Source of the DNA: Acetobacteraceae bacterium
Lineage (GTDB): Bacteria; Pseudomonadota; Alphaproteobacteria; Acetobacterales; Acetobacteraceae
Length of the DNA stretch: 45,859 bases
Reading direction: 5' to 3'
Assembly (NCBI GenBank): GCA_035549615.1
Contig: DASZQO010000030.1
Coordinates: forward strand, 1 to 45,859
Positions within the stretch are counted from its first letter, which is position 1. Each line of letters opens with the position of its first letter. The position numbers were made by a program, and so were the translations under genes. Below are positions 1 to 10,303 of the stretch, in pieces. The notes under the pieces were generated by a model. It searched no databases. It was not told the DNA's origin and was given only the letters and a program-made list of their open reading frames with translations.

Positions 1-936
1 TACTGGGGTGGAACCTCGCTCGGCGTCGATGCCGAGGAGATGGCGATCCGCAGCGGCACCACCACCTTCGTGGACGCGGGCAGCGCCGGCGCCGGCAACA
101 TGGCCGGGTTCGTGAAGCACGTCATCGAGCCCGCCGCGCCGCGCATCCTCGCCTTCATCAACGTCTCGTTCCCCGGCATCTTCGGCTTTAGCCGGGAGGT
201 GATGGTCGGCGAGAACGAGAACCTGCGCCTGCTGAGCGCCCGCGAGGCGGTGCGGGTCGGGCGCGAGTTCGCCGACTTTGTCGTCGGCGTCAAGGCGCGC
301 GTCGGGTTCAATGCCGGCGGAGCCTCCGGCATCGCGCCTCTCGACATCGCCATCGAGATCGCCGACGAGCTCGACCTGCCGGTGATGGCGCACATCGATT
401 TCCCGCCGCCGAGCCGCGACGAGGTGCTGGGGCGGCTTCGGCCCGGCGATATCCTCACCCACTGCTTCCGCCCCTGGCCGAACGCACCGGTGGCGCCCGA
501 TCAGAGCGTGCAGGAGGACGTGCTCGCGGCGCGCCGACGCGGCGTGATCTTCGATATCGGGCACGGGCAGGGCTCGTTCGGCTTCGCAACCGCCATGGCG
601 ATGCTGAAACATGGGTTCCTGCCCGATGTCATCTCCTCGGACGTGCATGTGCTTTCGATCGACGGCCCGGCCTTCAACCTGCTCGAGACCATGTCGAAAT
701 TCCTCCTTCTCGGCACGCCGCTCACCGAGATCGTCCGGGCCGTGACGATCAATGCCGCCCGCGCGGCGCGCCTTCAGGATCGCGGTACGCTTGCGCCTGG
801 CCTGCTCGGCGATGCGACAGTGCTGGAGATCGAAAGCGGCCGCTTTCGATTCACCGATGTGCTCGGCGAGACATTCGAGGGAGAAAGACGCTTCGCCTGT
901 CGCGGCGCGGTGCTGGGCGGACGCTGGTGGAACTGA
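1..936 (+). CDS. amidohydrolase/deacetylase-family metallohydrolase (dihydroorotase-like), 5' end outside window
   Basis: Frame 1 is open from nt 1 to TGA 934-936; track ORF 40..936 is its internal-Met version. Amidohydrolase-like segments AHIDFPP, THCF, FDIGHGQGSF, ISSDVH. Codon position 3 mostly G/C. Confidence 0.7.
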   Translation, partial: YWGGTSLGVDAEEMAIRSGTTTFVDAGSAGAGNMAGFVKHVIEPAAPRILAFINVSFPGIFGFSREVMVGENENLRLLSAREAVRVGREFADFVVGVKARVGFNAGGASGIAPLDIAIEIADELDLPVMAHIDFPPPSRDEVLGRLRPGDILTHCFRPWPNAPVAPDQSVQEDVLAARRRGVIFDIGHGQGSFGFATAMAMLKHGFLPDVISSDVHVLSIDGPAFNLLETMSKFLLLGTPLTEIVRAVTINAARAARLQDRGTLAPGLLGDATVLEIESGRFRFTDVLGETFEGERRFACRGAVLGGRWWN

Positions 937-942
937 AACGAA

Positions 943-2517
943 TTAGTGCCGGAAATGGCGCATGCCGGTGAAGACCATTGCCATTCCGGCCCGGTCGGCG
1001 GCGGCGATGACTTCATTGTCGCGCATCGACCCGCCGGGCTGAATGACGGCGGTCGCGCCCGCCTCGGCGATGATCTCGATCCCGTCGGCAAAGGGAAAGA
1101 ACGCGTCCGAGGCCGCCACGCTTCCGCGGGTCAGCGGCCCATCAAGGCCGGCGGCACGGGCGGCGTCCTGCGCCTTCCAAGCCCCCATCCGCGCGGCATC
1201 GACCCGGCTCATCTGCCCCGCCCCGATGCCGACCGTGGCAAGCCCCTTGGCATAGACGATGGTGTTGGAGCGGACATGCTTCGCCACGCGGAAGGCGAAA
1301 AGAAGATCGGCGCGCTCCTCCGCACTCGGCGAGCGCTTCGTCACCACCGTGAGATCGGCATCGTCGATCCGCCCCGTATCGCGGGTCTGGACGAGAAAGC
1401 CGCCCGCCAGGCTGCGGAAGGTGAGGCCTGGCGCGGCAGGATCGGGGAGAGATCCGGCCAGCAGAAGCCGCACATTCTTCTTCCGCGCCAGAATCTGCCT
1501 CGCCGCATCCGAGATTGCGGGCGCTATGATCACCTCGGTGAAGATCGTGGCAATCTTCCCGGCCGTCGCTGCGTCAAGCTCACGATTGACGGCGACGATC
1601 CCGCCAAAAGCCGAGACCGGATCGCAGCGGAGGGCGAGATCCCAGGCGGCGGAAAGATTTTCGGCGCTCGCCACGCCACAAGGATTGGCGTGCTTCACGA
1701 TCACCACGCTCGGGTCGGAGAATTCCGCCGCGCATTCATAAGCCGCATCGGTGTCGTTGAGGTTGTTGTACGAGAGGGCTTTGCCCTGTGCCTGGACGGC
1801 GCTTGCCACGCCAGGGCGCGCGCCGTTGACGTAAAAGGCAGCCTGCTGATGCGGGTTCTCGCCATAGCGCAGCACCTCGCGGAGCGCGCCGGTGATGCCG
1901 AGATGGGCGGGAAATTCTGCATTCCCGGCGGTGGCGAACCAGGCGGTGATGGCCGCATCGTAGGCGGCGGTGCGGGCGAAAGCGGCGGCGGCGAGGCGCC
2001 GACGCAACGCAATGCTCGTGCCGCCGGTGGACGCGAGTTCCGCGAGCACCAGTTCATACTGCGCGGGTTCGGTCAGAACGACGACGGAGTCATGGTTCTT
2101 CGCTGCGGAACGGATCATGGCCGGCCCGCCGATATCAATGTTCTCGATACACTCGGGGAACGGTGCGCCGCGGGCGACCGTTTCCTCGAACGGGTAGAGA
2201 TTGACGGCGACGAGATCGATCGGCGCGATCCCATGTTCCGCCATCTCCGCGAGATGCTGCGTATCGTCGCGTCGGGCGAGGAGGCCGCCATGGATCGCGG
2301 GCACGAGCGTCTTCACGCGCCCGCCCAGAATCTCAGGGAAGCCTGTATGCGCCGCCACTTCCTTCACGGGCACGCCCGCAGAGGCAAGCGCAGCGGCGGT
2401 TCCCCCGGTCGAGAGGATCTCGATCCCGCGGGCCGCAAGCGCGAGGGCGAAAGGAACGAGCCCGGTCTTGTCGGAGACCGAGAGGAGGACGCGGCGGATC
2501 GGCATCGGGTCGGTCAT
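943..2517 (-). CDS. purH: bifunctional AICAR formyltransferase / IMP cyclohydrolase
   Basis: 3' part of track ORF 943..4500. N-terminus [19 protein letters not shown] (ATG 2515-2517), internal [10 protein letters not shown]-terminus FTGMRHFRH. 524 aa is the typical PurH length. The rest of the 1185-aa ORF is antisense to other genes. Confidence 0.95.
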   Translation of the reverse strand: MTDPMPIRRVLLSVSDKTGLVPFALALAARGIEILSTGGTAAALASAGVPVKEVAAHTGFPEILGGRVKTLVPAIHGGLLARRDDTQHLAEMAEHGIAPIDLVAVNLYPFEETVARGAPFPECIENIDIGGPAMIRSAAKNHDSVVVLTEPAQYELVLAELASTGGTSIALRRRLAAAAFARTAAYDAAITAWFATAGNAEFPAHLGITGALREVLRYGENPHQQAAFYVNGARPGVASAVQAQGKALSYNNLNDTDAAYECAAEFSDPSVVIVKHANPCGVASAENLSAAWDLALRCDPVSAFGGIVAVNRELDAATAGKIATIFTEVIIAPAISDAARQILARKKNVRLLLAGSLPDPAAPGLTFRSLAGGFLVQTRDTGRIDDADLTVVTKRSPSAEERADLLFAFRVAKHVRSNTIVYAKGLATVGIGAGQMSRVDAARMGAWKAQDAARAAGLDGPLTRGSVAASDAFFPFADGIEIIAEAGATAVIQPGGSMRDNEVIAAADRAGMAMVFTGMRHFRH

Positions 2518-2667
2518 GCGGGCACTCGCGGGAAGCTGGCGGGCGGCGTCGAGGTGGCGGATAGACGGAAATCGCCGCACGGTCCAGGTTGAGGGGCCAG
2601 GCTCCGGGGCCAAGCTGCGGAGAAAGCATGTTCGCCGCGGAAGCAGCGAATGAGATCGGGGATTGAC

Positions 2668-3546
2668 GAAGTGCCAATCGACTATGAAACCCTGTGCAAC
2701 TTCCCGATTCCGGAGGTGCGCCAAAGGTTTGGCACACGCGATACGATCTTCTACGCGCTCTCGGTCGGGCTCGGCCAGGACCCGATGGACCCGCGTCAGC
2801 TCGATTTCGTCGATCATCACCGCCGGCTTCAGGCGCTGCCGAGCATGGCCGCGGTGCTTGGACATCCCGGCTTCTGGCTCGCCGATCCCGCGACCACGGT
2901 CGACGCGGTGCGGCTCGTTCACGGCGAACAGGGACTGCGCATCCATCATCCGCTTCCGGTGGCGGGAGAAATTCTCGGGCGTACGCGGGTGCGCGGGCTG
3001 ATCGACAAGGGTCCCGGGGCGGCGGCACTCCTCTACACCGAAAAGGAGGTGGTCGAGGTGGAGACGGGAAGGATCTTCGCCACCAGCACCAGCACGATCG
3101 TCCTGCGTGGCCAGGGCGGCTTCGGCGGTCCCGCAGGCCCGGTGAAGCCGATCCCTCCGCCGCCTCCTTCCGGCGCTCCCGACCTGCAGGCGGAATTTGC
3201 GACGCGGCCGGAGCAGGCGCTCTATTATCGCCTCAACGGTGATGACAACCCGCTCCACGCCGATCCTGCCGTGGCCGCGAAAGCCGGATTTCCCCGCCCG
3301 ATCCTGCACGGGCTTTGCACGCTGGGGGTCGTCTGCCACGCCCTCATCGCCCGGCTCGCCGATTATGATGCCGCCCGCCTCCGGGCGCTTGATCTTCGCT
3401 TCTCCGCGCCGGTCTTCCCCGGCGAGACGATCCGCACCGAAATCTGGCGTTCTGGCGCCTTTCAGGCGCGGGTGGTCGAGCGGGACGTGCTCGTCGTGAC
3501 CAACGGACGCGCGGAGCTTGCGCCACCAGAGGAACCAAGAGTCTGA
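2668..3546 (+). CDS. MaoC-like double hot-dog (R)-specific enoyl-CoA hydratase (hydratase-2 type)
   Basis: Track ORF 2650..3546. Hydratase-2 motif [17 protein letters not shown] in the C-terminal half. Homologues I recall start at xPIDY, which favours GTG 2668 (MPIDYETL); ATG 2650 is the alternative. Confidence 0.8.
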   Translation, partial: EVPIDYETLCNFPIPEVRQRFGTRDTIFYALSVGLGQDPMDPRQLDFVDHHRRLQALPSMAAVLGHPGFWLADPATTVDAVRLVHGEQGLRIHHPLPVAGEILGRTRVRGLIDKGPGAAALLYTEKEVVEVETGRIFATSTSTIVLRGQGGFGGPAGPVKPIPPPPPSGAPDLQAEFATRPEQALYYRLNGDDNPLHADPAVAAKAGFPRPILHGLCTLGVVCHALIARLADYDAARLRALDLRFSAPVFPGETIRTEIWRSGAFQARVVERDVLVVTNGRAELAPPEEPRV

Positions 3547-3570
3547 GCCAGGAATCATGAGCCAAGACCC

Positions 3571-4269
3571 ATGATCGACAAGTTCGTTGCGAGCATGGAA
3601 GAGGCGATGGCGGGGATCCAGGATGGCTCGGTCGTTCTGCTCGGCGGCTTCGGCATGGTCGGCCAGCCTGATGCACTGATCGACGGGCTGATCGCCCAAG
3701 GGGCGAAGGACCTGACCGTGGTCGCCAACAATGCCGGCACCGGCCATACCGGGCTCGCCCGGCTGATGGAGCTCGGCCGGGTCCGGCGCATCATCTGCAG
3801 TTTTCCGCGAAGTGCCGGCTCGGTCGTCTTCGAGGCGCTTTATTCCGCCGGACGGATCGAGCTCGAGATCGTGCCGCAGGGCACGCTCGCCGAGCGGATA
3901 CGCGCCGCCGGCGCTGGAATCCCTGCCTTCTTCACGCCAACGGGTGCGGGCACCCGCCTTGCCGAGGGCAAGGAGACTCGTGAATTCGATGGCCGCACCC
4001 ATGTGCTCGAAAATGCGCTTCCCGGCGATGTGGCGCTGATCGAGGCCTGGCGCGCGGATCGGTTCGGCAACCTCACCTTTCGGGAATCGGCACGGAACTT
4101 CAACCCGATCATGGCAATGGCGGCCAAGCTCACGATCGTCCAGACCCAACATGCCGTCTTCGCCGGGGGGCTTCACCCGGAGGTGATCGTCACCCCCGGG
4201 ATCTTCGTCGACCGGGTGCTGCACGTGCCTTACGCCATGCCCGTGGAGAAGGGAGGAGAGAATGCCTGA
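3571..4269 (+). CDS. scoA: 3-oxoacid CoA-transferase subunit A
   Basis: MIDKF..., [11 protein letters not shown], family I CoA-transferase alpha pattern. Overlaps the next gene by 8 nt. Confidence 0.9.
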   Translation: MIDKFVASMEEAMAGIQDGSVVLLGGFGMVGQPDALIDGLIAQGAKDLTVVANNAGTGHTGLARLMELGRVRRIICSFPRSAGSVVFEALYSAGRIELEIVPQGTLAERIRAAGAGIPAFFTPTGAGTRLAEGKETREFDGRTHVLENALPGDVALIEAWRADRFGNLTFRESARNFNPIMAMAAKLTIVQTQHAVFAGGLHPEVIVTPGIFVDRVLHVPYAMPVEKGGENA

Positions 4270-4927
4270 TACGGCACCCCTCAGCGTTATGCCGCTCGAC
4301 CGCCACGGCATTGCCGCGCGTATTGCGCGCGACATTCCGGAGGGCTGGTACGTCAATCTCGGCATCGGCATCCCGACACTGGTCGCCGAGCATGTCCCGG
4401 CGGAGCGCGAGGTGATCTTCCACTCCGAGAACGGCGTGCTCGGGGTTGGCCCCTCGCCACCCCCTGGCGTGGTCGATCCCTGGCTGATCAATGCCGGCAA
4501 GCAGCCCGTGACCCTGCGGCCGGGCGGCTCCTATGTCCATCACGCGGACAGTTTCGCGATCATCCGCGGCGGCCATCTCGATCTTTGCGTTCTTGGTGCC
4601 TTCGAGGTGGCGGAAAACGGGGACATCGCCAACTGGGCGACGACGAAGAACGATGCGGCAGCGGCGGTTGGTGGGGCGATGGATCTCGCCGCGGGGGCCC
4701 GGCGGCTCTGGGTCGCGATGGAGCATACGACGAAGGAGGGAAAGCCTCGGCTTGTTGCGCGCTGTACGTATCCGCTCACCGCGCAAGGGGTGGTCAAGCG
4801 GGTCTATACGAACCTCGCCGTACTCGATGTCACGCCGCGCGGCTTTGTGGTGGTTGAGATGGTGCGCGGGCTCGATTTCGAATCGCTGCAAGCGCAAACC
4901 GATGCCCGGCTTCACCAGGCGGCGTAA
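4262..4927 (+). CDS. scoB: 3-oxoacid CoA-transferase subunit B
   Basis: [10 protein letters not shown] and FHSENGVLG (SENG motif carrying the catalytic Glu of family I CoA-transferase beta subunits). Translationally coupled to scoA. Confidence 0.9.
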   Translation: MPDTAPLSVMPLDRHGIAARIARDIPEGWYVNLGIGIPTLVAEHVPAEREVIFHSENGVLGVGPSPPPGVVDPWLINAGKQPVTLRPGGSYVHHADSFAIIRGGHLDLCVLGAFEVAENGDIANWATTKNDAAAAVGGAMDLAAGARRLWVAMEHTTKEGKPRLVARCTYPLTAQGVVKRVYTNLAVLDVTPRGFVVVEMVRGLDFESLQAQTDARLHQAA

Positions 4928-4932
4928 GGGCC

Positions 4933-6132
4933 CTATGGCTGCGCAGCCGGCCTCGATGCCGACAATCCCAGCAATGACGCCGTGTGGCGCGCGATCATCC
5001 GTTCCTCGTCGGTTGGCACGACCCATGCTTCGACGCGCGAGGTCTCGGCACTGATCCTGCCTTCGCCCGCATGGTTGCGCGCCTCGTCGAGCACGAGCCC
5101 CAGCCACCCGCAGCCTGCGGCAACCTCGGCGCGCGTCGCCTTGTCATTCTCGCCGATCCCCGCGGTGAAGACGAGCCCGTCAAGCCCGCCGAGCGACGCG
5201 GCAAGCGAGCCGATTTCACGCACGATCCGATAGACGAAAAGCGCGATTGCCTCGTCTGCCGCTTGTTGCCGCGCGGCGCGCAGGGCGCGCATGTCGGATG
5301 AGATGCCGGAGACGCCAAGCAATCCCGACTTCCGATAGATCAGATCCTCAAGCGCACGCGCATCCATGCCATGGGTGTCCATAAGATAAAGAAGCACGCC
5401 CGGATCAATGGCGCCGCAGCGCGTTCCCATTACCAGCCCTTCGACCGCAGTAAAGCCCATCGTGTTCGCGACACTCCGCCCCTTCCGGACGGCGCAGAGG
5501 CTCGCCCCGTTGCCGAGATGAGCAAGGATGAGGCGCCGCTCCGCAAGATGCGGGGCAATCTCACGCAGGCGGGAGACAATATATTCGTAGGAAATGCCGT
5601 GAAACCCATAGCGCCGCACGCCCTCTTCGCTCAGTGCCCGGGGGATTGCGAATGCCTGCGCCACCGGTGCCTGGCTGCGATGGAAGGCGGTATCGAAACA
5701 AGCGACCTGGGGCAGGTCCGGCGCATGCGCCGCAAGCGCACGGATCGGCGCGAGATTGTGCGGCTGATGCAGTGGTGCCAGCGGCTCAAGCTTGGCAAGC
5801 GCGGCCAGCACTTCCGAATCGACCCGGACCGGCGCGGCATAGTGGGTGCCGCCATGCACGACGCGATGCCCGGCCGCCATGAGCCGCTGACCGCGGAGCA
5901 ATCCACTGCTAACATGGAATATTTCGCGCGTTGCGCCGTCATGATCGAGGTCTGCCGGCAAGACCCGGGCCACAATCTTCTTTCCTGCCGCGTCATGGAT
6001 CACGAGCCCGGGTGTAAGACCGATCTCCTCAATCTCTCCGCGGAAGAGGAGCGATTCCAGGGGTTCCACGCCATAGAGAGCGAATTTGATGCTCGATGAC
6101 CCGGCATTGAAAATGAGAATGCATCCGGACAT
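4933..6132 (-). CDS. ackA: acetate (short-chain acyl) kinase
   Basis: Internal ATG 6130-6132 of track ORF 4933..6225 gives MSGCILIFNAGSSSIKFALYG, the canonical AckA N-terminus. 399 aa. Confidence 0.9.
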   Translation of the reverse strand: MSGCILIFNAGSSSIKFALYGVEPLESLLFRGEIEEIGLTPGLVIHDAAGKKIVARVLPADLDHDGATREIFHVSSGLLRGQRLMAAGHRVVHGGTHYAAPVRVDSEVLAALAKLEPLAPLHQPHNLAPIRALAAHAPDLPQVACFDTAFHRSQAPVAQAFAIPRALSEEGVRRYGFHGISYEYIVSRLREIAPHLAERRLILAHLGNGASLCAVRKGRSVANTMGFTAVEGLVMGTRCGAIDPGVLLYLMDTHGMDARALEDLIYRKSGLLGVSGISSDMRALRAARQQAADEAIALFVYRIVREIGSLAASLGGLDGLVFTAGIGENDKATRAEVAAGCGWLGLVLDEARNHAGEGRISAETSRVEAWVVPTDEERMIARHTASLLGLSASRPAAQP

Positions 6133-6140
6133 CGCCGTCC

Positions 6141-6920
6141 TCACGCGACGATATGAGCGCCGCCGTCCACATAGACGGTCTCGCCGGTGATGCGCTGTGC
6201 ATAAGGGGTCGCGAGATAGACGCATGCGGCCCCGACATCCATGATATCGATCGGCTCACCGATGGGCGCCTTCTGCGCTGCTTCGTTGAGCAGCAGCTCG
6301 AAATGTTTGAGCCCGGACGCGGCGCGGGTCTTCAAAGGGCCGGGAGAGATCGCATTGACGCGAATGCGCTGCGGCCCGAGCTCATAGGCGAGATAGCGGC
6401 ACGAGGCTTCGAGCGCCGCCTTCACCGGCCCCATCACATTGTAGTTCGGCACGACACGATTGGCCCCGTAATAGCTCATCGCGAACATCGCCCCGCCTTC
6501 GCTCATCAACGGTGCTGCAAGCTTCGCCATGCGGATGAAGGAGTGGCAGGAGATGTCCATGGCTGTCGCGAAGCCCTCGACGGAGCAGTCGATCAGGCCA
6601 CCCTGCAGATCGGCCTTTGGCGCAAAAGCGATGGAGTGGACGAGGATATGGAGCTTTCCCCAGGCGCTCCGGATCCGCTCGAAAAGAGCTTCCAGCGCGC
6701 CGGGCTCGGTGACATCGAGCGCCCCGGTGATCGGTGCGGCGAGCCCTTCGGCCAACGGCTCGACATAGGGGCGCGCCTTCTCGTTGAGCCAGGTCACGGC
6801 AAGCTCCGCTCCGGCCATGCGGAATGCCTTGGCGCAACCATAGGCAATCGAATGTTCGTTGGCGATACCGACGACGAGCGCCTTGCGCCCGGCCAGAACG
6901 GGATGGAAGTTTTCGCTCAT
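6141..6920 (-). CDS. fabI: enoyl-[acyl-carrier-protein] reductase (NADH), FabI family paralogue
   Basis: ATG 6918-6920 gives MSENFHPVLAGRKALVVGIANEHSIAYG. SDR/FabI Tyr-x6-Lys region YYGANRVVPNYNVMGPVKAALE. 259 aa. Confidence 0.85.
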   Translation of the reverse strand: MSENFHPVLAGRKALVVGIANEHSIAYGCAKAFRMAGAELAVTWLNEKARPYVEPLAEGLAAPITGALDVTEPGALEALFERIRSAWGKLHILVHSIAFAPKADLQGGLIDCSVEGFATAMDISCHSFIRMAKLAAPLMSEGGAMFAMSYYGANRVVPNYNVMGPVKAALEASCRYLAYELGPQRIRVNAISPGPLKTRAASGLKHFELLLNEAAQKAPIGEPIDIMDVGAACVYLATPYAQRITGETVYVDGGAHIVA

Positions 6921-6930
6921 GCGCGAGTCC

Positions 6931-7896
6931 TCACGGCAAGGCTGCGGCCACGCGGGTCTGTCGCGCCTGCACGAGAAGGCTCGCGACAGCGCAGGAGGCA
7001 AGCCGGGTGGGCAGCGAATCCGCCCGGCTTGTCAGGATGATCGGCACGCGCGCGCCGAGCACGATGCCCGCAGCATCGGCGCCGGCAAGGAAGGAAAGGC
7101 TCTTGGCCAGCATATTTCCTGCTTCGAGGTCCGGCACCACGAGCACATTGGCCCGCCCCGCCACCGGCGAGACAATGCGCTTGATTTCCGCGGCCTCGGG
7201 ATCGATCGCATTGTCGAGCGCGAGCGGGCCATCCAGCACCGCGCCGGTGATCTGCCCCCGCTCGGCCATCTTGCAGAGCGCCGCCGCCTCGATCGTCGAA
7301 GGCACTTTCGCGGTGACCGTCTCCATCGCGCTCAGGATCGCGACACGCACCTCGGGAAACCGCATCGCGCGGGCAAGATCGATCGCGTTCTGCACGATAT
7401 CGACCTTTTCCTCCAGTGTCGGAACGATGTTCACGGCGGCATCGGTGATGATGAGCGGGCCCGGATGGCTGGGCACATCCATGATGAAGCAATGGCTGAT
7501 GCGGCGTTCCGTCCGGATTCCGCCTTCGCGCGCCACCACCGCGCCCATCAGCTCATCCGTGTGCAGGCTTCCCTTCATCAGCGCCTGCGCGCGCCCCTTG
7601 ACGACCTCCGCCACCCCCTTCGCCGCCGAATCATGGCTGTGGGCGGCATCGATGATCTCGAAAGCATTGATATCGAGCGCGGCTTCCGCCGCGACCCGGC
7701 GGATGCGCTCCGCCGGCCCGACCAGGGTCGGCACGATCAGGCCGAGCCGCGCCGCTTCGACCGCCCCATGCAGGGAGACATCATCACAGGGATGCACGAC
7801 CGCCGTTCTTGCCGGCGGCATCTGCCGCGCGGCCTCGACCAGCCGTTCATAGTTCTCGTGCCGCCGGAGCGGCACCTCGGGACGCGCATCGGGCAT
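6931..7896 (-). CDS. pta: phosphate acetyl/butyryl-transferase (short PTA_PTB type)
   Basis: 321 aa. PTA_PTB-like blocks MKGSLHTDELM, ITDAAVNI, LVVPDLEAGNMLAK. First gene of a co-directional pta-fabI-ackA string with 8-10 nt gaps. Confidence 0.85.
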   Translation of the reverse strand: MPDARPEVPLRRHENYERLVEAARQMPPARTAVVHPCDDVSLHGAVEAARLGLIVPTLVGPAERIRRVAAEAALDINAFEIIDAAHSHDSAAKGVAEVVKGRAQALMKGSLHTDELMGAVVAREGGIRTERRISHCFIMDVPSHPGPLIITDAAVNIVPTLEEKVDIVQNAIDLARAMRFPEVRVAILSAMETVTAKVPSTIEAAALCKMAERGQITGAVLDGPLALDNAIDPEAAEIKRIVSPVAGRANVLVVPDLEAGNMLAKSLSFLAGADAAGIVLGARVPIILTSRADSLPTRLASCAVASLLVQARQTRVAAALP

Positions 7897-8018
7897 CGGC
7901 TAAATCCCTCTCGTCGATTGGGTCCTTGATCGATCGGGCCCTTGTCGCGCCTATCGCTTTTCAGACACGTCACCTCGCCGGCACCACTGTGCCTGCTTCG
8001 GCCGCCCGAGCGATGTGA

Positions 8019-8050
8019 TAAAATTATGATCCACCCGCCGTGCCGGGTGG
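8019..8050 (-). terminator. candidate Rho-independent terminator after hpf
   Basis: On the minus strand CCACCCG-gcacgg-CGGGTGG (8031..8050) is followed by AUCAUAAUUUUAUC. It lies 14 nt downstream of the hpf stop. Confidence 0.5.
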
Positions 8051-8063
8051 ACATTGACGTCGA

Positions 8064-8651
8064 TCAAGCCGGGCTTGGTTCGATCCAGCCGATATTCCCG
8101 TCCGGGCGCCGATAGATGACGTTGAGCGTGCCCGTCTTGCTGTTGCGGAACATAAGGACCTGCTGGTCCGCAAGGTCGAGCCGCATCACCGCATCACCCA
8201 CCGAGAGCCGGGCGATCTCCGTCGCCGATTCGGCGATCACGGCAGCATAGGGGCCCGTCTCGGCGTTGCCTGCCGGCAACACCGATGATGCCTGCTCCTC
8301 CTGAGAGAGGATATATTGGCGGGCCGTCTCGGGACGCTCGCGGTTCGCGAGGTCACGCGCATGTTCGTTGACGCGCCGGCGATAGCGCCTCAGCCGCTTG
8401 GCGATGTGCTCCGCTGCATCGTCGAAGGCGGCATGCGCGTCCTGCGCCTCGCCCTCGGCGCGCAGCACGAGGTCGCGGCCGGCGTGCAGATTGATATCAC
8501 AGGTGAAGAAAGTGCGGGCGCGTCCGAACGTCACGGCCGCGTCCAGCGCATGGTCAAAATATTTGCGCGTGATCCGGTCGAGATTCTCCGAGACGTGAGT
8601 CCTGAGCGCGTCCGAGAGATCGAGCTGCTTGCCGGAAATGGTGATCTGCAT
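8064..8651 (-). CDS. hpf: ribosome hibernation promoting factor (long HPF / sigma-54 modulation protein)
   Basis: ATG 8649-8651 preceded by GAGGGA gives MQITISGKQLDLSDALR. Long-form C-terminal domain VMRLDL...MFRN...NVIYRRPDGNIGWIEP. Sits immediately downstream of rpoN. Confidence 0.9.
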   Translation of the reverse strand: MQITISGKQLDLSDALRTHVSENLDRITRKYFDHALDAAVTFGRARTFFTCDINLHAGRDLVLRAEGEAQDAHAAFDDAAEHIAKRLRRYRRRVNEHARDLANRERPETARQYILSQEEQASSVLPAGNAETGPYAAVIAESATEIARLSVGDAVMRLDLADQQVLMFRNSKTGTLNVIYRRPDGNIGWIEPSPA

Positions 8652-8659
8652 GGCGTCCC

Positions 8660-10150
8660 TCACACCGGTGCCATCTTTTCCCGGCGCCGTTGCACCGAGC
8701 TTGGAATGCGCATGGCTTCGCGATATTTGGCCACGGTTCGCCGCGCGATGTCCACACCTTCGCGCCTGAGCATGGTAACGATCGCATCGTCCGAAAGCAC
8801 GGAGTCCGGCGCTTCTCCCTCCACCAGGGCACGGATCCGCTGGCGAACGGCCTCGGCGCTATGCGCCTCTCCATCCACCCCGGCGATCGCAGTGGTGAAG
8901 AAATATTTGAGCTCGAAGATTCCCCGTGGTGTTGCGATATATTTGTTCGCCGTTACCCGGCTTACCGTGCTTTCGTGCATCTCCACCATTTCCGCCACAT
9001 CACGCAGGATGAGCGGACGGAGATGGCCGATGCCATGCTCGAAGAATCCATTCTGGCGGCGCACGATCTCGGCCGCGACCTTGAGAATCGTTTCGGCGCG
9101 CTGCTCAAGCGAACGCACCAGCCAGTTGGCGGCGGCCAGTCGCTCGGCGAGGAACGTGCGCTCAGCGCCGCGCGCGCCGATGCTGATGCGCGCATGAAAA
9201 GCGTGATTGATGAGCACGCGCGGCAACGTGTCCGGGTTGAGTTCGAGACGGAAGCCGCCGCCCTCCTCGCGGCGCATCAGAATGTCGGGCACGAGCGGCG
9301 CCAGCGGCTCGGCATCGAAACGGGTGCCCGGCTTGGGGTCGAGCCGGCGCAGCTCGGCCACCATGTCCGCGAGATCCTCGGCATCGACGCCGCAAATCTC
9401 CCGGAGTTCCTGCATCTCCCGCCGGGCGAGAAGATCGAGGTGGTCGAGCAAGGCGGCCATCGCCGGGTCGAGCCGGTTGCGTTCGGCAAGCTGGGCGGCG
9501 AGGCATTCGCGCAAGTCGCGGGCGAAGCAGCCCACCGGATCGAATTGCAGCATGCGCATGCGCACGCGTTCGATCTCCTCGAGCGGGGCGCCAAGCGCCG
9601 CCGCGAGCGCGGCGGGCTCGGCGGAGAGCCGCCCTGCCGGGTCGAGGAGGGCGATCAGATGGGCTCCGATCAGCCGCTCGCTAGGTTTGTCGAAGGCGAG
9701 CCGGAGCTGTTCAGAGAGATATTCCCGGAGCGACTGCGGTCCCTCAGCTACGTTCTCGATCCCGCGCTCGTCCGGCTCGAAGGAGGCGCCATTCCGGCCG
9801 GCCCCGTCCGCCGGGCCGCCCGCATCATAGGTTTCAGCATGCTCGGCATCGAGCGGGGCCGTCTCTGGCGCCGGCAGAACGTCGGAGCTCACCAGCACCG
9901 CCGCATCCGCCTCCGGCGGCAACGAATCCGCCCGCTGGTCAAAGGCGGGGATGTCAAGCGGCGTATCGTCACCACCGGGCCAATCCTGCCCCTCATCGCG
10001 CTCGAGCAGCGGGTTGCGCTCCAGCTCCTCCGACACGTAGGTGGCAAGGTCGAGATTGGAAAGCTGCAGAAGCTTGATTGCCTGGCGCAACTGGGGTGTC
10101 ATCACCAGCGTGGTGGACTGGCGGATCTCCAGGCGCGGTCCGATTGTCAT
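8660..10150 (-). CDS. rpoN: RNA polymerase sigma-54 factor
   Basis: N-terminal TPQLRQAIKLLQLSNLDL, acidic region II, C-terminal RpoN box ARRTVAKYRE. 496 aa. Confidence 0.95.
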   Translation of the reverse strand: MTIGPRLEIRQSTTLVMTPQLRQAIKLLQLSNLDLATYVSEELERNPLLERDEGQDWPGGDDTPLDIPAFDQRADSLPPEADAAVLVSSDVLPAPETAPLDAEHAETYDAGGPADGAGRNGASFEPDERGIENVAEGPQSLREYLSEQLRLAFDKPSERLIGAHLIALLDPAGRLSAEPAALAAALGAPLEEIERVRMRMLQFDPVGCFARDLRECLAAQLAERNRLDPAMAALLDHLDLLARREMQELREICGVDAEDLADMVAELRRLDPKPGTRFDAEPLAPLVPDILMRREEGGGFRLELNPDTLPRVLINHAFHARISIGARGAERTFLAERLAAANWLVRSLEQRAETILKVAAEIVRRQNGFFEHGIGHLRPLILRDVAEMVEMHESTVSRVTANKYIATPRGIFELKYFFTTAIAGVDGEAHSAEAVRQRIRALVEGEAPDSVLSDDAIVTMLRREGVDIARRTVAKYREAMRIPSSVQRRREKMAPV

Positions 10151-10303
10151 GGCGGCAAGCTAATGTTCCGCAAGATCGATATGAGTTCTGGTGGAATCGT
10201 CAAGCGATCCCCCAAAATCATATCGATCCAGCGAGTAAGGCATCACGCCCTCGGCCGGCGAAAACAATTCTCGAACATTACCAGCGACCATGGTCCGGTG
10301 ATA

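Noticed and set aside
943-4500. 1185-aa ORF on the minus strand
   Set aside because: Only its last 524 codons (purH, 943..2517) look like a real protein. The upstream two thirds are Arg/Gly/Pro/Asp-rich low-information sequence lying antisense to the well-supported maoC and scoA genes, which is typical of GC-driven shadow ORFs.
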